A stretch of 64,000 nt of DNA, from assembly GCF_009834535.1 (NCBI RefSeq), contig NC_045696.1, forward strand, positions 116,748,001 to 116,812,000. Reading direction: 5' to 3'. Source of the DNA: Camelus ferus. Taxonomy: Eukaryota. This document shows, piece by piece, positions 1 to 13,737 of the stretch; position 1 is the first letter of the stretch; each line of letters starts with the position of its first letter. Below the pieces are notes generated by a model that saw nothing but the letters and a program-made list of their open reading frames with translations, was not told where the DNA came from and did not search any database. A program made the translations under genes and the position numbers.

Positions 1-72
1 AGGTCATGACAGGTGCCTTTCCTGATATAAATGATCTCCAGGCACTGCCCGTGTGTTTAGGTCGCTGCGCTA

Positions 73-336
<264 letters not shown>

Positions 337-430
337 TTAGAAGCAAGCTGAGGACTAGTAACTTCATTTGATTTACAGGCTTCACTTCTCTGAAATGACA
401 CTGAAAGAGAAGACGTGCCTTTCTCTGGGG

Positions 431-626
431 CAGGGTTTCTCAGCCTCAGCATTGTTGAGATTTGGGACCCGATATTTCTTTGTTGTGTTGGAGGGGTGTT
501 CTGTACAGGGTAGAATGTCCAGCAGCACTGCACATCCCCCCACCCCCAGAGGTGACAACCAAAAATACCTGCAGGCATTGCCAACTGTCCCTTGGCAGGC
601 AAAATTGTCCTCAGTTGAGAAAACTG
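431..626. mobile_element. MER20-like hAT-Charlie non-autonomous DNA transposon
   Basis: Terminal inverted repeats cagggtttctca / tgagaaaactg; internal gtgacaaccaaaaat...gcattgccaactgtccc; followed by a gtctagag target-like site. Confidence 0.85.
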
Positions 627-3600
627 GTCTAGAGAACAAAGCCCAGGAGCCCTAGAGCTAGGAGCTGTAGGTCACAGGTGAGACCCTGACAGGTCCCTCA
701 CAGGACTCAGTAAATGACTTGAGACAAAGCAGTCGACATTTTAAAAAAAAATCACAGTTGCTTTAACCATTAAGGGAAATAATAACGGCTTGGTTTTTCT
801 GACTGTAAAAATGCTCCGTGATTCTGAGGTGAGACCATCAGGAGATGTACTAAAATTTTGATTCTAGCACTTTGGACAATAATACAAGCATCACCTTAGC
901 TTTCTAATATACTCAGGTTGTTTTATTTCTCTCTCAATATGTCTACAAGGCAGGAGGGTGGTGTGGGAGGAGGAAGCTGAGAGGCAGAGGTAGCCATTGG
1001 GCATGAAGGACAATGGAGGTTACTACATAAAAAGGCAAAACACATGTCATAGTTTTAATGCCCTGTGACAGCGTAAAATCCCATTTTCTCCAGTAAAAAA
1101 AAAAAGAAACAAAACATAAAAGCTCTGAGCTCATCACTCAGGCCACTGCAAGAAGAGAGGACGTTATCATTACTTCATTCAAGTTATCTGTGCTGCACCC
1201 CACAGACAGTGCCCTCTGATATTTCATCTGTAACTCCTCTGCCTTTCAGTCTTTGGTTGGAATTCACCTGCCTGGGAATAGCTCACTTCTTTGAGTCTGC
1301 TGATTAGATAATATTGGACAACTACTGAAATCTTTAAAATCTTAAAATTGGTTTGAATCAGTTTCACTTAGCAGGAAGTTGCACATCACTGGAAGTGTTA
1401 ACAAAAAAACTGATGGCAGCTTGGGTTATATTTTAGACAGAGCCATTAATTCACTCGGTGTCCATGAGAGAAATCCAAAAGAAAATCTACTCAGTTCTCA
1501 AACTGAGGTGAAAAGCTGAGGTAATCTGACCAAGTTCATAAAGGACACTGGCGTTAGATTTAAGGACACAACTTAAGCATTTCTGCTTTGTCTTCAAATG
1601 TTGTTCTGCCTTGGGTTTAACTTATTTTTTTTAATGGTCACTCTGCTCTATTTCATAGGGAACTAACAGCCAACAGTTGGCCCACCCAAAACTAACAAAC
1701 AATTTCTTCGGAATGTTATAGAACAAACTGTCCCCGGCCAACCTTAATCCAATAACATTTTTTAACTTCTAAATTTTTATTTTTTATTGTGCTCAGAATT
1801 TCTAGAAACAAAGTCTCTGGCATGAAGCAGGCTTCAATGAAAGTCAATTTTATTATATTTGACAGTAAAAGGAGACATGCCAAATTAATCATGAATACCT
1901 GAGCTTTTCAGAAATACTTCTGGCAAATCAAAAAATTGTAAATTATTGACTTATTTCTAGGTATTATCTTTGAATTAATATTGAATTTAAACCTCGAAAT
2001 TGAGCCTATTTGGAAGAAGAAAAAAAAAAAGAAATCTGTATTTATAGACACTAAGGGGATAAACAGCACATGGTACTGAAGAATTCTTGATTTATCATTG
2101 ACACCAAGACTGTTAAACTTGACAATTTTTCTTCTTGCATGTTTTATTAGAAATCTAAATTGCTGTTCAAAAACTCAAAGTTGGGTACTGATGCAAGATG
2201 TAAAGACAGCCAGGAAGACTGGCATACAGCAAATTTTCAAATTTTGTGTATCTGAGGAGAATTTATCACGATGCACTGCCTAGCTACGATGACCATTCAC
2301 ATTTTCTATTAAGCAACTGATGTTTGGAATAACTTTAGGACTGCTACACTTTCATAGCTTGGGTGACTAGAGTATGGTGATTTCAGCCACAGTGATCCCA
2401 GCTATTAAAACAGCACCAGCATCCTGCTAAACTTGACACCCTAGAAAGAATTCCAGCTGATTTATTTATCCAATAAATATTTATGGAGCACTGACATGTG
2501 TGCCAGACTTTGTGCTGAGCCCTGGCAAGGGACATGGTTCTCATCCTTACTAATTACTAATTTTATGGTTTTGTGGATTACTCACTGTCTAGATGTAGAA
2601 CCTAGATCTAAGTTTCTTAATTACACTGGGTTTCAGTCTCCTTACTTCTAAAAGAAGATCTCTACGGTCCCTTACAGTCTCCATTGCTCAGAATTCCGTT
2701 ACTGATACTTGCTAATCAGCTTGCCTTATCATCGGGGAAAGAGAAGTTGATGGGATGCATTTGCAAACCATCCCGGTTAGAGCTATAACTTACGATTAAT
2801 TATAATTAGGCAGACTAATGCCATTTGTGAAGAGGGCTTTTATCAGTGCTTCGCCATCTCCTTTTAAACCACAATGAAGAAACTGGTGGGAAAACACAAT
2901 TACTGGGACGTGAAATGAAGGTGTATAAGGAGAACAAATCTATCCCTGTAACAAACCCTGTACGTCAACTTACTCCCCAGGCATCAGAGTAAGAAATGCC
3001 TTTATGAACTGACTGGACGATGGAATTGCTTGAATAAATTATGGCTTGACAGCTGTTTGGTGATACTTTCCCCTACAACATTACATATTAATTTATTTTG
3101 TTGGCAGAGTGAACGCTTATTAAATATCTATAGATCAACTGTGAAGCCATATGCTTAAGTTGATCAAAGTCAGTATTGATTTAAATTGGCCCATAAGACA
3201 ATATGACCATAGGGAAAGTAAAACAGTCAATCTCTGTTGAAAGAATGTTAACCACAGAGAGAAAATATTAATAATTTATTAGCTTTGTTTGGATTTAGTC
3301 CCAATACCACATAGGCGTGTTTAGAATGGCCATGTGCGTTTACATCACTTCTGAGAGATACACGGAAGCAGCAAAGGTGTGAAAACGTTAATTATGGGTC
3401 TCAATTGACGGAGGAAATCGGGGCTGGAAGCAAAAGGCAATGGATTAACTCTTTCAGCTGTTAGCAGAACTTTTTAAAATAAGAAAATGCGACTGAATCA
3501 TGCATTACAAACAATAGTATTTACATAGAAGTCATCAAACTTGTACCTATGTTGATGTAATGCTATAGAAAATGCCTTTGTATTCCATTCCTTGAATTGT

Positions 3601-4069
3601 TACAAGTTGTTAAATTTAAAAATTCACCACAATTTTAAATTGTGTGGGTTACCAAATTTAAAAATTCACCATAATTTTCTGGTGAACTAAAAATTTACCC
3701 TAAAAAAACCCACATTACATACGTTTTAAAATGGTGCATTAATTTGCTTACATGAATATCAAACCATACATTTATGGAAAAGTAACTATATGCCCTTTTA
3801 AAAGCAGGCTGTGTTACTAGACAGGTTGTAAAACTTTCAGCAGTACTAAGGAAACCCACAGAAAAATACTGCATGATTGAAGTTAAATTTTTGAAGCAAA
3901 TTTTAAAATTACTGTCACTTTTAATTTATAATAAAAATGACAGAATGACTGGTCTTTAACGTCACAGTTGGGAAGTGGGCACGAAGAAAGTTAAATTCTC
4001 CACTTGAAAAAGACACACATAAAGTCTCACACTGATAATGAGCTGACCAAGCTGATGATAAATAAACTT

Positions 4070-4138
4070 ATTTTTTTTTAATTGAAGTATAGTTGATTTA
4101 CGATGTTGCGTTAGTTTCTGGTGTATGACAGTGGTTCA

Positions 4139-4196
<58 letters not shown>

Positions 4197-4335
4197 TTTT
4201 TCATACTCTTTTTCTTGTAAGTTATCACAAGATACTGAATATAGTTCCCTGCGCTATACAGTAGGACCTTGTTGTTTATTTCTTTTGTGTATACAAGTTT
4301 GTATCTGCTAATCCCAAATTCCTCATTTGTTGCTA
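4070..4335 (-). mobile_element. LINE-1 3'UTR fragment containing an expanded (TA)n
   Basis: Poly(T) followed by aattgaagtatagttgatttac...aatatagttccctg.gctatacagtaggaccttgttgttt; the reverse complement of the L1 tails elsewhere in the window. Confidence 0.88.
4140..4193. repeat. (TA)27 microsatellite
   Basis: Perfect dinucleotide run inside an L1 3'UTR. Confidence 0.97.
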
Positions 4336-5188
4336 TTCCATGCCTTTCTATTAAGTAAAAAAACATAAGGGGGTGAATCAAGAATTGAGCCCAAGCTTTG
4401 GAAGGCAAGCCCGACCCTTCCTCTGGCAAGCAGTCAGCTGAAGTTGATGGGAAGCAATGAAAAGCACACTGGTATTCCACCCCTCGCTGGCCCCCATCTC
4501 TTCACCTCTAGTTGGGGATAATGACAAAACCTAATAGGGTTTGAATTGGATAATGGACATAAAACACCCGGCCCCTATTAGGGAGTCAGTAAATATTAAT
4601 TCTCTTCTCTTTTCCAAAATATGACTTGTCTCGAGGCTTACTAGCTAAAATCTAGTGATTTCAGGCTTATTTTAGAGGTTGAAAAAGCACTGGATACAAA
4701 GTCTGAAGACCTCGATTAGCTTTGACTTTGGAAAAATAAGAAAATATGTCTCTTACCTGTCTCTTTGTGCTAAAAAACTTAAATAAGATCCCACATGTGA
4801 AAATATTTTGTAAAGGGTTAAGTTGTTCTTAAATATGAAAATTAAAAACAAATGAAAAGTGCTGTATTAGCCCATTTTTATTAACACAAATTCTAAACAC
4901 TGGTGTACTACACTGGTGTTCAAAATCTGCTGCTTAGACCAGTACCTGATTCATTCATAGGCCCTCAAAAATATTAGTCAAATAAATAAATAAACAGACA
5001 AATGAAAGTGATTTTTAAAAGAAGTTCACTTAATTGTAGATGGGAATTTTTCTGCATTAACCCTGCGTGTCATCTTTTGTCAGCTGACTTTTTACATTTC
5101 GGTGAACACCAACTGTGTTTTCATAGCTGGAGTCAATTTTGTGGTACAAAATCTTCACAAATTGTCCTATGAGTTTTCTTTGAGGAAG

Positions 5189-5217
5189 CAAAAACAAAAC
5201 AAAACAAAACAAAACAA
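5189..5217. repeat. (AAAAC)n short tandem repeat
   Basis: caaaaacaaaacaaaacaaaacaaaacaaa read directly. Confidence 0.9.
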
Positions 5218-5604
5218 ACCTGTAGTCTCTTTGACAGTATTGGGTTAATGAATGCTATGAGAGCTTATTCTTAATATGTAATCATTTCTTGTGCCATTTC
5301 TAGCACAGGTAAAACTTAATTTTCAATGTTCTTCTCCAAATTGATTCTCCACAAAAATGCAGAAATGCCCTCTGAAAACAGATCAGCTGCTTCACCCAAA
5401 GGCTGTCTACATCTTAATTCATAATCTGCCTCAGGAATCAGAAAGAACTGTGTTCATGCTCTTGCTTTATTATTTGGGACAAAGTGAGTTAACTAAGATA
5501 CTATTTATTCACTTGTAAAATGGTGGTAATATTTATACTGCTGGCTTTTTAACAGCACAGTGTAAACTCAAAACATAGCATAACAATTAATAATGATGAT
5601 AGTT

Positions 5605-5833
5605 TTGGGATTAATAGATACATATATATTACTATATATAAAACAGATAAACAACAAGGACCTGCTGTATAGCACAGGAAACTATATTCAATTTCTTGTA
5701 ATGAACCATAATGGAAAAGAAACAAAATACGTATATGCAAATGTATAACTGAATCTCTTTGCTGTACACCTGAAACTAACATTGTAAATTGGCTACTCGT
5801 CAATAAAAAGTAAGAATTAAAAAATAATAATAA
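5605..5833 (+). mobile_element. LINE-1 3'UTR fragment
   Basis: tttgggattaatagatac...aacaaggacctgctgtatagcacaggaaactatattcaa...aataaaa. Confidence 0.88.
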
Positions 5834-5834
5834 T

Positions 5835-5961
5835 GGCAGGGCATAGCTCAGTGGTAGACACGTTTAGCAGGCATGATGTCCTGCGTTCAATCCCCAGTAC
5901 CTCCATTAAAATAAAAATAAAATTTTTAAAAACCTAATTACCTCCCCTCAAATTAAAAAAA
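5835..5961 (+). mobile_element. tRNA-Ala-derived SINE (Vic-1-like)
   Basis: A box tagctcagtgg, B box gttcaatcc, ccagtacctcca, aacctaattacctcccc tail; sits in the tail of the preceding L1 fragment. Confidence 0.88.
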
Positions 5962-6060
5962 TTGGCAAAACAAACCCATATGAATAAGAATCCTGAGTCC
6001 ACATATTCATGCATAAGTTTCCTTCTCTCAATTGCATTTTTCCCCCATTTTAACTCCTTA

Positions 6061-6357
<297 letters not shown>

Positions 6358-7197
6358 TCAAAGAAGATAAAAGAGGGAACCAAGTTGGAGTGAGTCCTGT
6401 GTGACTGATTTACTGTAAGACAACAGGGGCTCTTCCCCACTGTGGGACCAACCAGAGTCCAGATGTGCTAATATATGTATGAATAATCCTGGAGAGATTT
6501 TTCAGTGACTGTGATCCCAGTTGTGAGCTATTGGATAACCAGCTGTTAATAAGTCTGGAGAAATAGAATAAATTAATAAAAGACTCTAGAATGAAACATA
6601 TCATTCCTTGTGACTTGCTTCTCACAAAGACAGAAGATATGGAAATTGGACCCTCTAGTGTTTCCTCTGGTGTCATGATCATCTGAAGAGAGGAAAAAAC
6701 AAATAATCACTTTAAAAATATTGATTACTGGTTTCACTGGGAGTTGGTGGAATGGTTATAGGACACCTTTTCTACAGTGATGATATGGAGTGTTTCTGGA
6801 AGTCCAAAGATAACACATGTGCTGAGAAACATATATATGTTTTGTTGGTTTTAAAGGCAGACATTAAGTTGATTAATCTAATATTCCATGATTACACCAT
6901 TCAACTGTCATAAGAATTGGTTCCCTCAAAGGCCAATGAGAATGAAAATAAGTCTGCCTAACTGACCAGAGTACCAAGTTAATGTAAAACACGAGCCAAT
7001 CAAAAGTAGCACCATGAACACGTAAGCCAGAGGATATGAAAGATGTATTGGGGTCATGAGGGATTGAAAATAATGAAATAAAGAAGTTGGTTGGTGGAGG
7101 TGTACTTCACTTTCGAGACCTGCATTACAGCACCTTACTTTTACCTTAGAATATGTGCTTTCTGCCTGAAAATGTCAACGTGATAAATGAACATTAC

Positions 7198-7397
7198 CTC
7201 ATTTGAATCTATTCCATTGTTGACTGACCAGGTTGTCTGGAAATATTCAAGCATCCTCTGCTTGAGCTGCTGGGGCAGGTGGTGGACGCGTATGAAGTCC
7301 TTCAGGTCCTTCGTTCTAGTGTGATACAGGGACCATCTGGAATACATCCTCTGTATGATCGCCGTCACGTTCCCAAACACCAGGGCGTGCATCAAGG
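7198..7397 (-). CDS. KCNH8: KCNH8 coding exon (exon 9), end of S6 and C-linker
   Basis: (A)[66 protein letters not shown]. Acceptor ttttctctag|CC, donor GAG|gtaatg, 200 nt, phase 1 to 0. Confidence 0.97.
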
Positions 7398-8612
7398 CTA
7401 GAGAAAACACAGCACACAATGGGAGAGAACCAGGATGGAGGCGCTCCCTCCTTGAGTATAAATGTACAGTCTGCATAACCTAAATTGGCAGAGCACGCTG
7501 GTTAGGGATCTGAAGTCAGAAAAGACGTGAGGATTGTGCACTGAACAGTAGTCTTTAGTCAAACGGGACAGGGATGGCCTGGAGGACGCCAGCAGGTAGC
7601 GCGAGAAGGGCTTGGACCCACCTGGGTCTGTGAGACTGGGAGGGAGAGCCAAGTGTGCCCACATGGACAGGCAGACCAACTCTCTGTGATGTTCAGATTT
7701 CAGCCCTGATTCCCATCTTGGGATGGGATTGACAAGGAGGTCGGGAGCACGGGGGTTGGGTGAAATCACTGGTTTCTGCAGTTTTTGGTTAAAAAAAAAA
7801 AAGACTATAAAAATTTAGTAGTTTGTCTATTAAGATCTATCTGAAGTTCCCTGTATCAAAACCTCAATGTCCAAAGAACTATGTTAAAAGCTTCTTAGCA
7901 TCAGATAAATTAGTGCAGATGTGTCAGTTTATTACATCCTGAATATTTCAAAATAGCTCCAATTCGAATTCTTTTTTCCCAACATTTACTAGAAATTAGT
8001 AATCTTTGTTATACTAATCTCAACCTAATCTAACACTGGGATTAAAATTCTTCATCAGGTTATACATCATCCTTTCTCTATGGAAATATGGTCACTATGC
8101 CAATAAAGTCATCCCATATTAACAAGGAAGGTCTCAATATTTTGGCTAGGTTAACAGAATAGGGTTAAACTTAGGGTCTATATCCAGGAGGCAATATAAT
8201 GTTGCAGGGGAAACATGGACTTCAGAATCGGACATCACTGGATTTAAATCTTGGCTTTACCCCTTCCTAATTGTTGTAAGCCAGGCAAGATAAATAATTC
8301 TCTTGCAAGGAATTATCAATTTCCTTGTATGCAAATGGACACAATAGTACTTTACTCAAAGGGTTATTTCAGGATTTAAAGAGTTCATATTATATATATA
8401 ACATATATAATATGTTAGTTTTTCCCATGAAAGTAAAAAGTGTTATAAATTTTCAGGATGCTCCAAGGTGTAAAATTTGGGGGTAAAACCCAGATTTAAG
8501 GTTTTCCAGCAACCTCTTAAATAACTAAGAGTAATTCTTTGTGGAAATAACTGCTTTTTTATTTAATTGCATGATTTTTACCTATAATAGCTGAGTGACT
8601 GTAGTGATAGTG

Positions 8613-8745
8613 TTTTATTTATTTCTTTATTGACGTGTAGTTGATTTACAGTGTTAGTTTCAGGTGTGCAGCCAAGAGATTCAGATCCACATATATTTTC
8701 AGATTCTTTTCCATTATACCTTACTATAAGAAATGGAAATAACTT
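8613..8745 (-). mobile_element. LINE-1 extreme 3' fragment
   Basis: tttattgacgtgtagttgatttacagtgttagtttcaggtgtgcagc...attcttttccattata. Confidence 0.75.
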
Positions 8746-10564
8746 CTTGATGAAAGAAATTCAAGAAATATTCAATAAATGCCTGCTACATGCATGCACA
8801 TATTCTTCTTAAATGGTCAAAAATGAAATGTCTTCCAAAGAGTTAAAAATATCCTAGGAAAAACATACATTGCTAAACAACTTCATGTTGCACGGTTAGT
8901 AGATTCTAAAGAGAGGCTCATTATTCTGTATGGTGTTAGAAGCACAATGGTTCTGTTGTTTAAATATTTTACTTGGAAGGAGATTTCTACTTATGATGAA
9001 CACTCAGCAAAGAAAAGAACTGATTCTGTTCCAAGTGAAAGGAATTAAACACCGATTTCAGGCTCCATTAATATGCTTATGTGCTTCGTGTTCAGAAGCC
9101 CTACCACCTGGAAGAGTATGTAGTAACAGTCTTTAATGGAGATTAAACTGAGTACCGAGAACAATTTTATTTCATTTATTTTAACACGGCTTTCCTTAAT
9201 TATGTGTATGATTTTAACTTTGCTTTGTTTAATTATAATGTGTGTAAAGCACTTCAGGTAGGAGAAGTGGTATGTTCAGACCATTTAGCATCCTAATTGT
9301 ACATGATCAATAAAATGAACTGCTGCATTAATGGCAGCATTCGTAAGTGTTGTGGGAAAGCACTAGTCTATGTCTGAGGCACCATAATCTCAAAATTTCA
9401 AATTTTCAGCATAGGAAATCACTTTCAATTTAAGTAGTTAAAAACTAAAACCCTAGTCTCCTAGTTTTTCGGTTTCCAAAGTTATCATTGCCTCTCTGTC
9501 ACTGGTTATCACTTTCACACTGGCAAAGAGTGTGTGTAACTGTCAGGCCAAATCATTCCATCTGCTACAGAAGTTTGACTCAAGAACTTTTATATCCAGG
9601 TCAGTCTGGAAGTTATCATTCACTTTTCCTTTTATTCCTTGCAAATTTGATATATATAATTCCTCAAGTAGCACACTAGGCCTGCCACCGAGTGTGTGGG
9701 AGGCTCTTTTTCTTTCTGGAGGAGTCTTGTAGAGAATGCGTTTTGTAGAACACCATCTTAGTATCAGGTCTTTGGAGGAAACCCAACAATCAGGATCCGG
9801 GAGGAAAGTAAACAGACCTCAAATGAAAGTGCACTCTTGGAGGCTGCCTGGTTTTCTCTTTTTGCCTTGTCTTTCCCTTCTCCTTCCCCCTTTTCCCTCC
9901 TGCTTCCCTGCCCCGCTCTCCCTCCCTCCCACCACTCTGGATTTTGGGCAGCCTTGCTGTCCTGAGGTGTAACATCATTCCTGATTTCTTTAGCTGACTA
10001 CTTCGCAGCGCCTTCAGAAGCTGCAGAGGGACCGTGCTCTCCTGCTGTAAAGAGACCAGAGCTCCGGCTTTGGGTAATCCCAGCTGCCCTGTTCCTCTCT
10101 CTCACCTACTTATTGCCCTGGAATTTTCCAGTCCTTGCTACAAATACACTGGGTTGTGGGTGGCAGAGAAAACAGAGAGTGAGAACAATTTCCTAAATGA
10201 TGAATTGAAATGGTGGTGTAGAGACATCTTAAAAACAGTGAATTTGTGAGCACCGTAGCCCATAGGGGTCCAATAAAATCATGTCAGGATAGTGTATATA
10301 GGATTAAAAGGACCCAAGGGAAGCCTTGGGTGTTGAGAATTTCACTCTATCTCTTCCATGACAGCCATGCCTCATTTAAACTGGACATGTCCTCAGTGAT
10401 GAGTCCTCATGTATAAAAAGACTGAAAAGACTATCTTTTGGTGACGGAATTATACGTAATTTTATTTTTTTATGTGGCTTTTCCAGTCTTTTCAAAGTGT
10501 GCATTATCATAGAAGTTGAAATGGGAAAAGAAGGGACATCACCTGCCTAAGTACCTATTTCCAC

Positions 10565-10685
10565 GGCTAAACTGTGAACTCCACGAAGGAAACATCATAT
10601 CTGAGTCCCTTTGTTTCCCCAGCACCTAGCACAGTGCCTGGCATAATTTTAGTGCACCATAAATATTTATGGAACTGAAATGAAC
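10565..10685 (+). mobile_element. L2 3' end
   Basis: ctaaactgtgaactcc...ccccagcacctagcacagtgcctggcata...ataaatattt...tgaa. Confidence 0.75.
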
Positions 10686-11034
10686 CTCTGGCAGTTTGAC
10701 GCTTTCTTTAAAAAAGTTTTATAATCATAAGTAAGTAGCTCAGAAAATTTTTGATGAACAGTTCAGTCCCATCAAACCTGTCCCGTCATTCCCATCCCAC
10801 TCTCCAAAGGCAACCTTTCAGAATTATTTCCTTTACATCTTTTTGTGATCATCACCAATATTTTTGATCATATAATTTCACTTCTGTTGCTTGACTTATC
10901 AGATTAAGACAAAACCTAAAAAACAACTTGGCATGAAAGGTGAGAAACTCAACTCACTGCTGCCCACTTTCTCATTCCACTAACCATCCCATTGATAGTT
11001 ACAGTATTATTTTTAGCTCATCAATTTTAATTTT

Positions 11035-12875
11035 GCAAGCTAAAATTAATACCAAAGGCACACATTGAGAGAAATGACACAAATGTTAAATGTATAGTTC
11101 ATTGAGATTTCTCACAGCGGATAGGCCTACGGAATCACCCCCAGATAAGTAAACAGGATCAGCACCCCAGGGCCTCCTTGGTATCCCCCTCACAGACACT
11201 AACCAGCACCTTCACCAAAGGTAACCACAGTTATGAATTATACTGCAGTCAATAAGCTTTGCCTACTTTTGAACTTCCTTTAAACAAAATCATACAATAA
11301 TGTACTTATTTGTGTCTGTCCTCTCTGCCCACCATTGAGTTGGTAAGACTTAACCATGTGGTCACATGACGTAACAGTTCATTCATTCTCATTATTGTAC
11401 TCTATTGAATAATTATTTCACAATTTACTTATTTATGCTCCTATTAATGGGCATTTGCAGTTTGAAGTTTTTACAGTAATGCTCCTACGTGTATGTCTTT
11501 TGATGTGTATGTGCATGCATTTTTTTATCGGGTAGTACACTCAAAAATGGAATTGTTGAGTCAGGGTACAGATAAGTTCAGATTTGGTAAATACTGACAA
11601 ACTCTTGTACCAACTGACATTCACATCAACCATACAGGAGAAGTCAAGATGTTCTACATCCTCTCAAACACTTAGGGTTGTCAGTGTTTTTAAGTATACC
11701 ATTCTGGTAAATGCAAATGCTATCTAATTTTGATCTTAATTTGCATATCCTAGATGAATGACGTTCAGCACTTTTTTATATACTTATTGTCTATTCAGGT
11801 ATGGAGATCTATTTTTGAAGTGCTTTTTTAAAGTTTTTTATGGATTTTTTTAGTTGTCTTGCTTTTATTTATTTGTAAGAGTTCTTTACATAGAATAGAG
11901 AAAAGGCTTTCGTCAGACAAATGTATCAAACATCTTCTATCTGTGGCTTGCCTCTTCACATGTTTAATAATGCCCTTTGATAATTAGAAGTTCTGCAGTT
12001 CACTTTATCAGTCTTTCCTTATGGATAGAGCTTTTTGTGTCATGTTTAAGAAACCTTTGCCAAATCCGAGGTCAAGAAAATACTCTCTTATATTACCTTT
12101 CTGAAGATTTACTGTTTTCCCTTTCACAGTTAGATCAAAATCCATCTGGAATTAGTTTCAACTTACAGTTTTAAGAGGGGTCAAGGTTGTTTTTCAACGT
12201 GTAGATATCTATGTGACCCAACAACATTTATTGGAAGTATTGTCATTCCCCGCTTGCACTACGGTGCCACCAGCGTCATAAATACAGTGACCAAATGTAG
12301 ATGGGCAGGTTTTGGCACTCTCTTCTATTCTATTGGCTTATTTATCTATTCCTGAGCCAGCACCACACTTTCCTAATTACTGTAACTTTATTACACATCA
12401 GGATATCTGCAGCATAAATCTTCCAGTTTTGTTCCTCTTTATAATTGCTTTGTACCAGTTTTAGTTTTGCAGTTCCTATAATTTTTAGAACAGCTTGTCA
12501 ATTTTCAAACAGGCACATACATATACACAAACACACATCTTGGCTTTTTTCTTTAATTGAAATTGCATTGACTCCTTAGGTTACTTTGAATAAAACTGGA
12601 ATATTTACAATATTGAGTCTTACTTAACACCATCACCATTGTATATCTTTTCATTATTTTAAACCATTTGTAAATTTTCTAACGTTTTGTAGTATTCTGT
12701 GTAATAAGTACTGCACATTTTTAAACATTTATTTCTATGTATTTGATGTTTTTATAACCTTCTTTTATTTCATTGTCTAATTGTTACTAGTATACAGAAA
12801 TACAATTATTTTTGCATATTGACCTTCTATCCTTCAGCTTTACTAAATTTATTTATTAATTCTAATAGTTGTTTG
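11035..12875 (-). mobile_element. Ancient LINE-1 (L1ME/L1MD-like) 3' region
   Basis: Degenerate antisense L1 motifs such as ttaatttgcatatcc, tctatctgtggcttgcct, tttacaatattgagtctt, atattgaccttctatcc. T-rich on the + strand. Confidence 0.8.
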
Positions 12876-13444
12876 AAGCTTTTTAAGGTTATTTCTTTGT
12901 TTTGGGTGTTCTCAAAGCTCACACAGATTTGTCTAGGTATGAATTTGTTTTCATTATTTTTGCTCAATCTCTTTTTGATAGTTTCAAATACTCTTCCCAT
13001 AAATCAGTGGTTTACACACTCTTTAACTACAGGTGCTCAGGTGGAGGCTTCCCCTACATCCCCCCTCCTCATTCAGCCTGTGAGTGCCTCTGCCCGAGAT
13101 CATTACCTGGGGTTTTGGCACACACCTGCAATGTTTAACACTGCTCCTGCCTGCTCTTGTAGTAAATATTGCATCTTAAGTCATTAGCAATTTCATCAGC
13201 CTTGTGTGGGGATTCCTAATAAGATGCCTTAGAGTTGAGTTCATGGTAACACATATTTGAAAAAGTTTTAAAATTAATTATTTGTGTATATTTACAGAAA
13301 TTAAGTGAATAAAATCAATTTACCATATATAATGAAATGGGTATTTTACAAAAAGTTTGCTGGGTCTTAATGAATCCTAGCATTTAATCTCACGAAACCT
13401 CTGTTGCCTTACATCTAAATTGGGGGGTTAATAACTTCTATTTC

Positions 13445-13675
13445 TTTTTTTTTTTTTTGGAGGGATAAATTGGGAGTTCAAGACTTGCAGATACAAACCA
13501 CTATATATATAATAGACAAACAACAAGGTCCTACTATAGACTACAGGAAACTATATTCAATATCTTGTAATAGCCTAAAATGAAAAAGAATATGGGAATA
13601 TATATATATAAAAAACTGAATCACTATGTTGTATATCAGAAATTAACATTGCAAATCAACTACAGTTCAATAAAA
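13445..13675 (+). mobile_element. Short LINE-1 3'UTR insertion with a poly(T) at its 5' junction
   Basis: gggataaattgggagtt...aacaaggtcctact...ctatattcaatatcttgtaatag...ttcaataaaaa. TSD aac(t/c)tctatttc at 13433-13444 and 13676-13687. Confidence 0.88.
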
Positions 13676-13737
13676 AACCTCTATTTCATAGTGTTATGAG
13701 AATTAAATGAACAAACTGTTCAATACTGTGAGCTCTT

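Noticed and set aside
7141..7197. Read-through or cryptic donor (AAG|gtaaaa near 7145) after exon 9
   Set aside because: The annotated donor GAG|gtaatg is adequate. The cryptic site would add 53 nt and shift the frame, and I saw no minus-strand AATAAA in the 843-nt intron.
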